Of a stretch of DNA of 64,000 nucleotides, positions 33,870 through 43,961 are shown piece after piece (positions within the stretch are counted from its first letter, which is position 1; each line of letters starts with the position of its first letter). The stretch comes from a virus. Its lineage: Duplodnaviria > Heunggongvirae > Uroviricota > Caudoviricetes. The stretch lies in IMG/VR virus record IMGVR_UViG_3300029305_011675. One strand, given 5' to 3'. The notes under the pieces were generated by a model. That model had not been told where the DNA came from. It saw only the letters and a program-made list of their open reading frames with translations, and ran no database searches. A program made the position numbers and the translations under genes.

Positions 33870-34673
33870 ATGAATTATACAGCAGAATCTCTTGTGAATA
33901 AATTAAGAGAAGAAGAAGGTGTATCAATTTCTGTCAGAACATTAAATTATTATGCTTATGACAAAAAAATGTTTCCCGATTTAGGAAAAGGTAAATGCGC
34001 TTTTACTGATAAAGAATATGAAATGCTCAAGAGAATTACTTATCTCAAAGATAAAACTTCTATGTCTTTGGATGAAATCAGAGATTGCATTGCCAATGAC
34101 AAAGAATATGATAAACAAGTAGACAATGTTATCACTGATGCAGTAAGCAGAAGCAAAACATATTCTGTTTCTGCGAGCGAAACCTATTCTGCCGCAACTA
34201 CTGATACACCTATGACAATAAGTATGAGAAGTGCGAAACAATCGAAAACCGCTTTTATCAACTCTGTAACTTCAGAGTTACCAGAAAACAATTTTAACAA
34301 ACCAAGAAATTTCAATGATTTTATGGATAATTGTTTTTCGCAATCGGTTTCTTCTTGCTCGTCAAATACTGAAAGTAATTCCGTAGCATATTCTGATGAT
34401 AGTTGCAATTTCTCAAATAGTCAAACATCTGTTTGCGATGGATTATGTGCATCTACAACTGCATATAACGGATATGATAACTCTTGTACAAGTGCAAAAG
34501 ATATTATCCCACAAACATTTATTGTCCCAACTGCAATGGTTGCGGAAACAACCAAACCATATAGAGAACAAGAAACAACAGTTCGCATTAATAAAGATGT
34601 TACAATTACAGTATCATCCGATGTATCGCGCGAACGCTTAATCGAAATTATTAACTTTATTAATTCAAAATAA
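33870..34673 (+). CDS. MerR-like HTH N-terminus followed by a Ser/Thr/Cys-rich low-complexity region
   Basis: SISVRTLNYYAYDKKMFPD...FTDKEYEMLKRITYLKD is the MerR helix-turn-helix pattern. Confidence 0.5.
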   Translation: MNYTAESLVNKLREEEGVSISVRTLNYYAYDKKMFPDLGKGKCAFTDKEYEMLKRITYLKDKTSMSLDEIRDCIANDKEYDKQVDNVITDAVSRSKTYSVSASETYSAATTDTPMTISMRSAKQSKTAFINSVTSELPENNFNKPRNFNDFMDNCFSQSVSSCSSNTESNSVAYSDDSCNFSNSQTSVCDGLCASTTAYNGYDNSCTSAKDIIPQTFIVPTAMVAETTKPYREQETTVRINKDVTITVSSDVSRERLIEIINFINSK

Positions 34674-34690
34674 GAAAGGGTCGAAAAATT

Positions 34691-36049
34691 ATGAAAGTAA
34701 ATTTAAGTTTTGCATCAGATAATATTTTTAGCGGAAATTTGAAAAATTTCCTCAAACTCACTATTGATGTGAGTGAAGACAAAAAGAAACACATTAAGAA
34801 AAGCACAAAACCTGTTTTTCTAATCCCAGTTATTGACCGCAGTGGTTCTATGAGTTCTCCTGCCTCTCGCCAGAGAATCCAAGACTCACCTGTATTATTT
34901 AATGATTCTGTGGTAACTTGCAATTCAATCAGCTCAGCATCCTCCTTTACTTATACCAATAGTCTCAGTGGCAGTTACCATGTATCGAAGTTGGATTGTG
35001 CTTTAAGTGCAACTTGTGAATTACTCGATTTACTTAATGAAGGCGACAAATTTGCTGTCGTATCGTTTGATGATGGAATTAGAGTAGAACAGCAACCAAT
35101 CACTGTTAGCAATAAAAATCGAAACGAAGTAAAGTCAAATATCAACAGAATTCGAACTGGTGGTTGTACGAATATTTCTGGTGCTCTCGAAACTGCAGCG
35201 GATTTATTCACTTCTGCAGATACGGAAAAATACAATTGCAAAATCGTTCTTTTATCTGACGGTTGTGCAAATGTTGGACTCGACACAGAAAAACAGTTTA
35301 TAGAATTTATGCCAAAAATCTTAAATCGTAGCATTTCTACATCTTCCATTGGTCTTGGTGATGATTATGACCTTGGAATTATGGAAGCAATTTCTGGTAA
35401 CTGTGCTGGTTCTTTCAATCACATCTCCGATGCACTTGCAATTAAAGACATTTTTGCAACAGAGTTGAAGTCGGCACAAGCAATTGTGTGTAAAGATGCT
35501 ATTGTAAACATAAAACTACCAGATATGGTGGCATTCAAACCTAATTACAATAATTACAACGAAGAAATCCAAAAGGATAATATTTGCATCAAACTTGGCA
35601 ATCTTTATTCCAATAAAACAATCTACTATGAATTTTCTGTATTGGTTGAAGAGTTAAAAGAAGTTGAAATTGCAGTTAGTGTAACTTATGAAACACCTGA
35701 CGGTGGCAAAAATACCGCAACAATGTCTCGAAAACTGCCTATTGTCGCAAAAAAAGAAGACCTTGTCGAAAACAAAGATGTTATTGATGAGATTATGGCA
35801 ACAGTAAAAGACAGATATGTTTATAATGCTTCAAAAGCATATTCCACTGCTGATTACGAAGGCGCTTCTTTGTCCTTTGCAGAATCTGCCGCTACAATCA
35901 ATTCCATGACCGCTTGCTATAGTTGTTGTGCCTCAACCGCAATGGACGAAATCACTGCAACACAGGCATCTCTTACTTCATCTTCAACGTCACAAGATTG
36001 TTTGAGAAAAGCATTCGATAATTCTTCTAAAAAACTTCGAAATTCCTAA
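34691..36049 (+). CDS. von Willebrand factor A (vWA) domain protein
   Basis: The MIDAS motif VIDRSGSMSS lies in an alpha/beta domain. Confidence 0.75.
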   Translation: MKVNLSFASDNIFSGNLKNFLKLTIDVSEDKKKHIKKSTKPVFLIPVIDRSGSMSSPASRQRIQDSPVLFNDSVVTCNSISSASSFTYTNSLSGSYHVSKLDCALSATCELLDLLNEGDKFAVVSFDDGIRVEQQPITVSNKNRNEVKSNINRIRTGGCTNISGALETAADLFTSADTEKYNCKIVLLSDGCANVGLDTEKQFIEFMPKILNRSISTSSIGLGDDYDLGIMEAISGNCAGSFNHISDALAIKDIFATELKSAQAIVCKDAIVNIKLPDMVAFKPNYNNYNEEIQKDNICIKLGNLYSNKTIYYEFSVLVEELKEVEIAVSVTYETPDGGKNTATMSRKLPIVAKKEDLVENKDVIDEIMATVKDRYVYNASKAYSTADYEGASLSFAESAATINSMTACYSCCASTAMDEITATQASLTSSSTSQDCLRKAFDNSSKKLRNS

Positions 36050-36167
36050 TACTTTCTACACAACGGTTCTTTAAAAGAACCGTTGTTTTTTTCTATCATA
36101 ATCTTGACATTAGGATGGAAATGTTATACTATATACAAATAAGAGACTTATAGGAGAGGTGAAATAA

Positions 36168-37841
36168 ATGGGATTACTCCTAATAAATAAAGCAATTTCT
36201 AATACTGACGATTATCCGATGTATTTTTCTAATATGCCAGATAAAACTTTATTTAAAAAGGCAAATATTTATAATAAAAAAGCAACCTCCGCTCCTCAAT
36301 ATATAAACATCAGCAACAACCAAGGTGTTTTTATTCTCGAAAACGGAAAGTTTTCAGATTTTTGTTTTTCAGAAGGAGTATATTATATTGAAGAATGCTC
36401 TTCGCCAGCATTCATCTTTGGCAGATGCGACAGACAAACTGTTGATATGGATTTTTTCACTAATTCTGACTTTTCTTTTTTGGGAAAAGATAGACAATGT
36501 GTTTTCGTAAACTTCAAACCAATTAACAATATAAGCATCTTCCCTCCAGCGCCAATAGAATACAGATATAATAATAAAGATTTTTTAATTGATTTTAGCG
36601 GAGTGTTTTCTGTTAAGATTTCAGACCCCTTTACACTATTTCAAAGAATAGTAACAAATGATGACGGTGAATATTGTATTACTGATAGTTTTGTAACAAA
36701 AATTTCACAAGACCTATTATCTTGTGTGTTAGATGAATTAAAACAATACTCAATGCAAAATGTAAATCCAGAAGAATTAGAACATTTAAGAAATGATATC
36801 ATAAACAATGCGGCCAACCGAGTTACATTTGCAAAAGTGTTAGGACTGAATTTAACAGAAGCAAGGATTGACGATATTGGTTTTGTCCCTGCCGAAGAAG
36901 ACATTGTTGAAGAACCAGAACCAGATATGAAACGATTTTCACAATTTTCTGTTCAACCAATAATGCCAATCGAAATGCCACAAGAATATATTGAAGAAAA
37001 TGTAAAAGAACAGAAAATTGAAATACCAGAAGATTTTGATTTTAATGTTGAAACGATGGAAATTGGTACCGTCGAAGAAAATACTGAAAACGCTGGTATG
37101 ACACAAGATGTACAAGAAGTTAGTTTTGACTTCACCGCATACGAAGAAAAATTTGATGATTTGCAAAATAGTCAAACAGATGTATTCGTACAACAACCTC
37201 CAAAACAAGGTTTCCAACAATATGTACAACTTCCAGTTGAAACAGTTGATGATTGTGACACAAAAGAGAATAATGACAATAACTTCTCTATAGAAATGTC
37301 ACAACGCACACAACATACACAACAGACGACACCTTTCTTCCCATTAACTCAAAATGTACCACCAAATACTTTTGAGAACACGGTTCAATCAATGCAAATT
37401 CAACCAAAAAGGGAAGAACCAAAGCATATTGATGTAGGAATCGAAGGTCTTAACCTTTCAATGTCTGATATGTCTGTTCAAAAACCCGTTAACAAACCAC
37501 AAAATGCAACTATTTTTTCACCATTTGGCGAAGACAATGAATGGTTGTGCCCAAATTGCTTAAATGAAGCAATAGGTGATTTTTGCGGTTTTTGTGGTCA
37601 AAGAAGAGCAACACCTTTTAAGGTAATGCTTAGCCCTACTGACAATTCACAATGGATGTGCAGAAATTGCGGTACACAAAACTATCTCAAATTCTGCAGT
37701 AATTGCGGTCAACCCAAACCAGTAGAAAACACACAACAGGTAGTGCAACAACCACCAAGGTTCTGCCCCTCCTGTGGATATAATTTTACCAATTTTCAAA
37801 GCGTGCCCAAATTCTGCCCAGAATGCGGACTAAAATTTTAA
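36168..37841 (+). CDS. SPFH-like (COG4260/YdjI-like) protein with 3-4 C-terminal zinc ribbons
   Basis: The C-terminus has CPNCL..CGFCG, CRNCG..CSNCG and CPSCG..CPECG pairs. The N-terminal assignment is tentative. Confidence 0.45.
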   Translation: MGLLLINKAISNTDDYPMYFSNMPDKTLFKKANIYNKKATSAPQYINISNNQGVFILENGKFSDFCFSEGVYYIEECSSPAFIFGRCDRQTVDMDFFTNSDFSFLGKDRQCVFVNFKPINNISIFPPAPIEYRYNNKDFLIDFSGVFSVKISDPFTLFQRIVTNDDGEYCITDSFVTKISQDLLSCVLDELKQYSMQNVNPEELEHLRNDIINNAANRVTFAKVLGLNLTEARIDDIGFVPAEEDIVEEPEPDMKRFSQFSVQPIMPIEMPQEYIEENVKEQKIEIPEDFDFNVETMEIGTVEENTENAGMTQDVQEVSFDFTAYEEKFDDLQNSQTDVFVQQPPKQGFQQYVQLPVETVDDCDTKENNDNNFSIEMSQRTQHTQQTTPFFPLTQNVPPNTFENTVQSMQIQPKREEPKHIDVGIEGLNLSMSDMSVQKPVNKPQNATIFSPFGEDNEWLCPNCLNEAIGDFCGFCGQRRATPFKVMLSPTDNSQWMCRNCGTQNYLKFCSNCGQPKPVENTQQVVQQPPRFCPSCGYNFTNFQSVPKFCPECGLKF

Positions 37842-37845
37842 AGGA

Positions 37846-38277
37846 GTGAAAATGATGAAAAAAATTATTCTTTTATTACTCGTAGGCATTTTGGCAATTT
37901 CGTGTTTTGCAGGTTGTTCTAAAAATAACGAACCAACAGAGAACACACAGTCCCAAGAAGAAGTTGTAATCAACATTGTTTCTGTCCCCGATGCAAGTGC
38001 ATATATTATGGTGGACGGAACGATGTTAAGAACTGGCGATAAATTTCCAGAAAATCCTACTGAAGGCGACATCTTCCAGTGCGAAAATTACAGATATGGT
38101 TATAAAAAGATTTTCAATGCTGAAAAGAATTCATGGATTCCAATAGAAGAAGATGCTTGGACTGTTCATATTATCGGCGAAGAAACAACTTCTTATGATG
38201 ATTGTTTCAAAAAGATAAACGGCAAAAATGTAATCGTTCCAAGTACAACCATAAGCGAAGAAACAACAAAGGCATAA
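37846..38277 (+). CDS. Lipoprotein, hypothetical
   Basis: The signal peptide ends in the lipobox FAGC. Confidence 0.6.
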   Translation: MKMMKKIILLLLVGILAISCFAGCSKNNEPTENTQSQEEVVINIVSVPDASAYIMVDGTMLRTGDKFPENPTEGDIFQCENYRYGYKKIFNAEKNSWIPIEEDAWTVHIIGEETTSYDDCFKKINGKNVIVPSTTISEETTKA

Positions 38278-38280
38278 TAA

Positions 38281-38318
38281 AAACTTCTGCACAAATTTTG
38301 TGCAGAAGTTTCTTTTTC
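38281..38318. terminator. Bidirectional terminator
   Basis: aaacttctgcacaaattttgtgcagaagtttcttttt. Confidence 0.8.
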
Positions 38319-39081
38319 AATATTCAAATTTAGGGATAGGTCTTTCCTTAAAAAGATTCTTGCGGTGTTTTTCATCGATAAGTTCTTTCACCTTAACATC
38401 TTCGCACTTACCAGTACGAATGTATTTATCCAATACTGCATAAGTGAAACCGAGATTATCTTCGTCGGTCTTACCACACAAGTCATCCGTAGGAACTCTG
38501 TCTACAAGATGCTTTGGAAGCAGATGTGCAAGTTCGTAACCAATCTGTTTTAGTTCCGTAACAGTAAAACTCTTCAAAGGGGCAAAATCACCGACGCTAT
38601 CGCCCCATCTTGTAGAATAACCCACCCAATCTTCAGAAAGATTACAGGTGTTTACTACGCGACCATTACAGGACTGGGATACCGCATAAAGAGTAGACAT
38701 ACGAATTCTCGGAGCGAGATTGATGGCAGTCTGTTCACTCACATCCTTATTCATTGCATTCTCAATGCAGTGAATAAGAGAACAATACGGTGCATTGATA
38801 GGTACGGTATAGCATACAATACCAAGACTCTTAACAACATCGTTTACCGCATTCATAGTCTGATTAAGTGCATCCTCGGTTACTTGAACCGTATTTGGCA
38901 TCGTAACACCAATCACCCTATCTTTACCCAATGCTTCTACACACAAGGCGGCGGCGATGGAACTATCCTTACCACCAGAAATACCAATAATGGCATTACA
39001 ACCCTTTCCGTTCTCTTCGAACCACTGACGAATCCACTCAACAATATCATTTTTAACCTTCAAAGCATTAAATTTTTCCAT
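38317..39081 (-). CDS. nadE: NH3-dependent NAD+ synthetase
   Basis: IIGISGGKDSS is the SGGxDS PP-loop. 254 aa, typical for NadE. Confidence 0.85.
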   Translation of the reverse strand: MEKFNALKVKNDIVEWIRQWFEENGKGCNAIIGISGGKDSSIAAALCVEALGKDRVIGVTMPNTVQVTEDALNQTMNAVNDVVKSLGIVCYTVPINAPYCSLIHCIENAMNKDVSEQTAINLAPRIRMSTLYAVSQSCNGRVVNTCNLSEDWVGYSTRWGDSVGDFAPLKSFTVTELKQIGYELAHLLPKHLVDRVPTDDLCGKTDEDNLGFTYAVLDKYIRTGKCEDVKVKELIDEKHRKNLFKERPIPKFEY

Positions 39082-39140
39082 ATAGTTACCTCTTTCCTTA
39101 TTTTATGTAGGTGCTCCCAGATTAACTGGGAGCATTTTTG

Positions 39141-40937
39141 TTAGAAATTGCCATTATTCAAACGAGCACGAATTTCTGCAAGAGAATATTCCTTAACCAT
39201 CACACCATCTTCGAAAATGGTTTCAAGCATATTATCTGCATATTCTTCGCTTTCCATGTCTTCGAAAGTTAAGCAATCCTTGTAAAGAATATCGCCACTT
39301 TCGTCTTCGTAAACATAGCACATTCCCTTCTGGGACTTTTTGAAGTTATTGCCAGCAGAATGGTCGGTCTTGGGGTCCTTGTAAATCTGGGTTTCCTTGC
39401 CATCGATGATAGCATTGGTTGCCTTCAATGCCTGACCGAGAGAGTCACGAGTTACACACTGATAGGTATAAGAACCAATACCAAGAGTTACACAAGTAAC
39501 TGCATACTGCTTATCCATCAATCTCTGATAGATTTCAACTGCTCGCTCATAGGTGATAGCATCACCATAGATAGCACCGATATGCTCATCAAGAACCTTA
39601 AATCCCTTTGCATTGATATAACCACCGAAAATTTCAAACAGAATTTCAACCGTTCCCTTCATTTCGGGAGTAATATAGGTTTTCTTATAATCAACGAATT
39701 CAACAGTTTCACCGTAGCATCCGCCTTCACCGTCATCGGTTTCGGCAATCCATTCGTGTTCGCAAGTAACCTCATAAAGATAATCGCCAATACGAACACG
39801 ATACCAAGTTTCAGAAGTACCATTCCAAGGATATTCGTCTTCTGCCTTCTTCTTAAAGTATGCCTTAATACCGTCTTCGGTAAGACCATCGACTACCATA
39901 TAGTCTTTTGCCTTCAAAGTACCGCAGATAATATCGACAGGGTCGCCAGAGTCGCCACGAATAATAATCTTGCCGTTACGATTCATAATGCTTGCCTTAA
40001 GACGAGGCAAATAGTTGGTGAGCACATTCCAATAATCATAGGTGTCAGATACCATGCTTAAAGGACCAGCAGGAAATACATCTTCAATCAAGTGACGGTA
40101 ACATTCAAACTCGCCCTCACGACCATAAGAGCTCATAACGCTGTGTTCGGTAGAAGGACAACCACGACCAACGACTTCCTTGGTACAATCACAGTTATAG
40201 TACTCTTCCAACCAAGGAATTGCACTAATGGTTGCGGTGTTCACGAAAGAAAGCAGGTGAGCAGCAGAACTCTTGGCAGCACCTTCGATACTGGTCATGC
40301 CTCTCATGGAGAAATCACCACAAGCAGTATTTTCCTTATCATTAAGGCAATCTGCATTCATTGCAGTTTTCATATCGCCATCGACACGAGCAACAGCAGT
40401 CTTGGAAACACTCTTCTCAAATGCATCATTGACAACCTTACGGTATCTCCAAGCAACAGTAGCAGAGTTGATAGGATGCCAAACATTAACAGAGAGATAG
40501 GTTTCCAGATAATTTACAAGCCAACCATAACCAGCAACGGTGTTCTTGAACTCATAAATAGGAGTACGGATGTTTGCAACAGTGCCTTCGGGAAGTGCCT
40601 TAATACGAATAGGCAGATACCCCAAAGAATGCAATGCTTCGAGAATTGTAGTGTCTGCTGCCTGAACACTCATAGTATTCGCAATATAGCGGATGTACTC
40701 TTCCTTAATCTCTTCGATAGGACGCTTAAAGAAATGCTCATTAAAGTACTCAATGAGATACTTCTTTGCAGTACCCTGCAGACCGAAAACAACTGCCTTA
40801 TTGCAATCTTCATATCTGCTCTTTCGAGGTGTCCAGTAACTTACCAGATATTCCAACTTGGGAACATAGGCAAGGTGATGGATGGTCTTATAAAAATCGG
40901 TTAACAACATGGGAATAAGTCTTTCAAATTTACTCAT
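39141..40937 (-). CDS. Nicotinamide phosphoribosyltransferase (NAMPT/NadV-like) with a ~100-aa insertion
   Basis: LTDFYKTIHH corresponds to TDSYKVTHY, IKALPEG to IKAVPEG, DFSMRGMTS to DFGYRGVSS, MVSDTYDYW to VVSDSYD and IIRGDSGDPVD to IIRPDSGNPLD. RBS aaaggag. Confidence 0.8.
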   Translation of the reverse strand: MSKFERLIPMLLTDFYKTIHHLAYVPKLEYLVSYWTPRKSRYEDCNKAVVFGLQGTAKKYLIEYFNEHFFKRPIEEIKEEYIRYIANTMSVQAADTTILEALHSLGYLPIRIKALPEGTVANIRTPIYEFKNTVAGYGWLVNYLETYLSVNVWHPINSATVAWRYRKVVNDAFEKSVSKTAVARVDGDMKTAMNADCLNDKENTACGDFSMRGMTSIEGAAKSSAAHLLSFVNTATISAIPWLEEYYNCDCTKEVVGRGCPSTEHSVMSSYGREGEFECYRHLIEDVFPAGPLSMVSDTYDYWNVLTNYLPRLKASIMNRNGKIIIRGDSGDPVDIICGTLKAKDYMVVDGLTEDGIKAYFKKKAEDEYPWNGTSETWYRVRIGDYLYEVTCEHEWIAETDDGEGGCYGETVEFVDYKKTYITPEMKGTVEILFEIFGGYINAKGFKVLDEHIGAIYGDAITYERAVEIYQRLMDKQYAVTCVTLGIGSYTYQCVTRDSLGQALKATNAIIDGKETQIYKDPKTDHSAGNNFKKSQKGMCYVYEDESGDILYKDCLTFEDMESEEYADNMLETIFEDGVMVKEYSLAEIRARLNNGNF

Positions 40938-41003
40938 AACAATATCTCCTTTTATTTTGGTTTTGTGATATTTTTTACTTAATATCACTTTGATGTTAAG
41001 TAG

Positions 41004-41032
41004 ATTATAGCACAAGATTTTCGATTTGTCAA
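41004..41032 (-). promoter_or_regulatory. Sigma-A promoter, copy 1 of a duplicated ~50-bp promoter region (40986-41036)
   Basis: The reverse complement reads ttgacaaatcgaaaatcttgtgctataat. The second copy is at 46372-46420, upstream of the NADAR-nicotinamidase operon. Confidence 0.7.
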
Positions 41033-41095
41033 GACCTTTTCGATAAAAAAATAAAAAAAAGATGCGATTCTTTTTTAGAACCGCATCATAGTAGA

Positions 41096-41413
41096 TTATT
41101 TTTTGGGAATATCCGCTTCCGCAACCTCTGTTACACTATAAACATCCCAGAACTTCCAATTGTGTTCGAGAGCAATTTCATAGTATTTATTTTCATCTGT
41201 GTCGCAATAATATTTACTAAATTGCTCACCCCTGCATACAAACTCCTTATCGCCAACAACCGCTTGATGTTGAAAAAATACAGGAACAAACATAATTAAA
41301 ATTCCAATTACAAGTGTTAAAGCAGCGAACTGCAACCAATTTAGTTTGCTAAATAGAACAAACCCCGCAAGAATAAGGGTAATTACAATAAATGCAACTA
41401 TGAGAGAAATCAT
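41096..41413 (-). CDS. Membrane protein, hypothetical
   Basis: 105 aa with two TM helices. Confidence 0.5.
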   Translation of the reverse strand: MISLIVAFIVITLILAGFVLFSKLNWLQFAALTLVIGILIMFVPVFFQHQAVVGDKEFVCRGEQFSKYYCDTDENKYYEIALEHNWKFWDVYSVTEVAEADIPKK

Positions 41414-41558
41414 TTCTTCTAACCTCCATATATTTTATAATATAATTATATCACAAAAACTCGGCAATGTCAACTATGCAAATATTTTTTGATAAAAATT
41501 TTCGTATATATTATAATGAATCTGTTAGAAAATTTATATATTCGAAGGAGGATATGTT

Positions 41559-41723
41559 ATGAACAATTTTGCACAGACTAGAAGAGGAGCAAAATTCTTT
41601 GATTGCGATTTCCCTGCAATGGTAAAGGCTGCAAATCGCCTTGCTGAAGCAATCGAAGAATCCAATCGCCTCAAAAAAGAAGAGTTGGAAATGCAAAAAC
41701 AAAAAGACACAAAGCAAGACTAA
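41559..41723 (+). CDS. Small ORF (54 aa) absent from the ORF track
   Basis: RBS gaaggagg 6 nt upstream of the ATG. Translates MNNFAQTRRGAKFFDCDFPAMVKAANRLAEAIEESNRLKKEELEMQKQKDTKQD. A terminator follows directly. Confidence 0.45.
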   Translation: MNNFAQTRRGAKFFDCDFPAMVKAANRLAEAIEESNRLKKEELEMQKQKDTKQD

Positions 41724-41726
41724 TTA

Positions 41727-41756
41727 GAAAACCCGCTTCGGCGGGTTTTTCTATTT
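41727..41756 (+). terminator. Rho-independent terminator
   Basis: aaaacccgcttcggcgggttttt. Confidence 0.8.
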
Positions 41757-41811
41757 GCTTTTTTCATTTCTTTCATATATAATTAAGAAATAACTCAATA
41801 GGAGGGTGTTT

Positions 41812-42522
41812 ATGGGAAATATTTTAGTTTTAGGTGATTGTTTGGAAAATATGAAAAAGATGCAGTCTAAAACAGTCGATTGTGTCATAACGGATATTCC
41901 ATATTTTCAAGTTGTTGATGACGATTGGGATAATCAATGGAAAAATAGCGAAGAATATTTGGAATTTATACATAATTGCATTAAAGAATTCGATAGAATT
42001 ACGAAAGATGATGCTTCAATTATTATGTTTACAGGAAGACAATACAACCGTCACATTGCATTGCTTTTAGATAAATATTTTGAAGAAAGAAGAATAATTA
42101 TCTGGAGCAGAAAAAGAGCATTTAATAATACTCGTGGCAAAGCACTTGCTTCTGGTTATGAACCAATTTGCTATTACACAAAGGGCAATCCTGTTTTTAA
42201 CAACATAAAAATCCAATCCGAATCCAAAAGAAAAGAGTACACAGAGGGAACACTGAAAGATGGTGTCTCTCTTTCGGATGTGTGGAGCGATATCCCAGCA
42301 TTACCGCATAACTCAAAAGAAAAAGTAAAACACTCGTCCCAAAAACCAATTGCTTTAATGGAAAGATGTGTTTTACTTTGCAGTAAAGAAAATGATACGG
42401 TTTTAGACCCTTTTATGGGTAGTGGTTCTACTGGTGTTGCTTGTAAAAACTTAAATAGAACATTTATTGGCATTGAAGCAAACAAAGAACATTTTGAGTT
42501 AGCAAAACACAGAATCCACTAA
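41812..42522 (+). CDS. Orphan beta-class N6A/N4C DNA methyltransferase
   Basis: Motif IV CVITDIPYF, then motif I LDPFMGSGSTGVAC. RBS aggagggtg. Confidence 0.8.
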   Translation: MGNILVLGDCLENMKKMQSKTVDCVITDIPYFQVVDDDWDNQWKNSEEYLEFIHNCIKEFDRITKDDASIIMFTGRQYNRHIALLLDKYFEERRIIIWSRKRAFNNTRGKALASGYEPICYYTKGNPVFNNIKIQSESKRKEYTEGTLKDGVSLSDVWSDIPALPHNSKEKVKHSSQKPIALMERCVLLCSKENDTVLDPFMGSGSTGVACKNLNRTFIGIEANKEHFELAKHRIH

Positions 42523-42995
42523 AAACTATCTATTATTCGCTTCATGTTAAAACCAATAACAATACCAGAAACAACAAGAAAAACAAAAGTTATAAACAAT
42601 ATAAAAACCGAATTATTGCTATAATCGGCAGCGAGAAGGACATCATATGTTCCTCTTGTTGCCGTATTTTTTTCGAAAAAATTCATTATCAGACCCAACA
42701 ACGAATTCATAAAAGTAGAAATCGTAAATGCACAACAAAAAATTTGAACATATAGTTGTTTTATAAACACCAAAATACAAGATATGGTTAGCGGAACAAA
42801 AATACTACTTAATGCAACGAGAGGAATGTATTTTACATCAACATAACCAGACACAAAACTTTCTGTGCCAAAACCTCCATCAACAAAATTGCCATTGCAA
42901 ATATTCAAAAACAAGAAGTGCGAACCCTCGTGAATAAAAAGATTTAACACTAATCCTGAAACTAAACAAAATATACTAATTAAGACTTTTTTCAC
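42519..42995 (-). CDS. Membrane protein with HExxH (putative zincin-like metalloprotease, DUF3267-like)
   Basis: LFIHEGSHFLF lies within the hydrophobic segments. Confidence 0.4.
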   Translation of the reverse strand: MKKVLISIFCLVSGLVLNLFIHEGSHFLFLNICNGNFVDGGFGTESFVSGYVDVKYIPLVALSSIFVPLTISCILVFIKQLYVQIFCCAFTISTFMNSLLGLIMNFFEKNTATRGTYDVLLAADYSNNSVFILFITFVFLVVSGIVIGFNMKRIIDSF

Positions 42996-43113
42996 ATTTT
43001 ATACCTCCTCTTTTAAAACAATTATATCAAAAAACAAACACTTTGTCAATCTAAAATGTTGACAACGGTCTCTCAATATGTTATAATAAAGAAAAAAACA
43101 GGAGGAAAGCACT

Positions 43114-43548
43114 GTGAAATTTAGAACAGGTTTTGTAACAAATAGTTCCAGTTCGTCTTTTGTAATCGCATACAAAAAAGAAGATTATTCCGAAGAAGAA
43201 CTGAAAAAATATCCAATTCTTAAAATGTATGACCATATTGTAGACCACATTGCAACCATTAAAGGCGAAGACTGGTACGATTCGGAGGGTCGAGTTTTCC
43301 GAACCATTGAAGAACTCAATGAACATTATGCTAATTCTTGGTGGAATGAAGACGATGTTGAAAACTTCAACCCAGAAACTCTTCCACCTTATGAACTCGA
43401 AGAATATCAAATGATTAAGAAAGCACTTGAAGAAGGAAAACATGTTGTTGTGAAAGATGTAAAATATCACGACGAAGTTGCCAATGAATTTATCCAAGAG
43501 ATTCTCAAAGACCATCACTTTGAACTTCTCAAAGAATGCGAAGGATAA
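43114..43548 (+). CDS. Hypothetical protein; GTG start
   Basis: RBS aggagg. 144 aa, acidic. Confidence 0.5.
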   Translation: MKFRTGFVTNSSSSSFVIAYKKEDYSEEELKKYPILKMYDHIVDHIATIKGEDWYDSEGRVFRTIEELNEHYANSWWNEDDVENFNPETLPPYELEEYQMIKKALEEGKHVVVKDVKYHDEVANEFIQEILKDHHFELLKECEG

Positions 43549-43660
43549 TGATATTATTCACAATCTCAAACAATGCCATTGGATTAATACATTGTGTGGG
43601 CAAAAAAATTCATCATTCACTTTGTTATATAATATATTTTAAAATAATGGAGGTGTTATT

Positions 43661-43930
43661 GTGAAAGAAAAAGAGATTTTTATCATAGAGCATTTATTTG
43701 ACTTGCAAGGTTGCGGTCGTGTTGAATTTGGAGTAGAAGAAATCGGTTATTTTGAAAACGAAGACGATGCGAAATCATATGTAGAAAAGTATTCCTGTTG
43801 CAAAGTATATGATAAGACAATGCGATATGGAAAGTTGAGATATAGACGAGAAAGTATCCCCACAAAACTAACTCTCAACACCCCACCTGATTTCAAGGGG
43901 ATGGGTTTTAAAGAACAAAAAGAAGGTTGA
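43661..43930 (+). CDS. Hypothetical protein; GTG start
   Basis: RBS ggagg. A terminator follows at 43921-43952. Confidence 0.45.
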   Translation: MKEKEIFIIEHLFDLQGCGRVEFGVEEIGYFENEDDAKSYVEKYSCCKVYDKTMRYGKLRYRRESIPTKLTLNTPPDFKGMGFKEQKEG

Positions 43931-43961
43931 TTTTCATCAACCTTCTTTTTCTATGCCCAAA

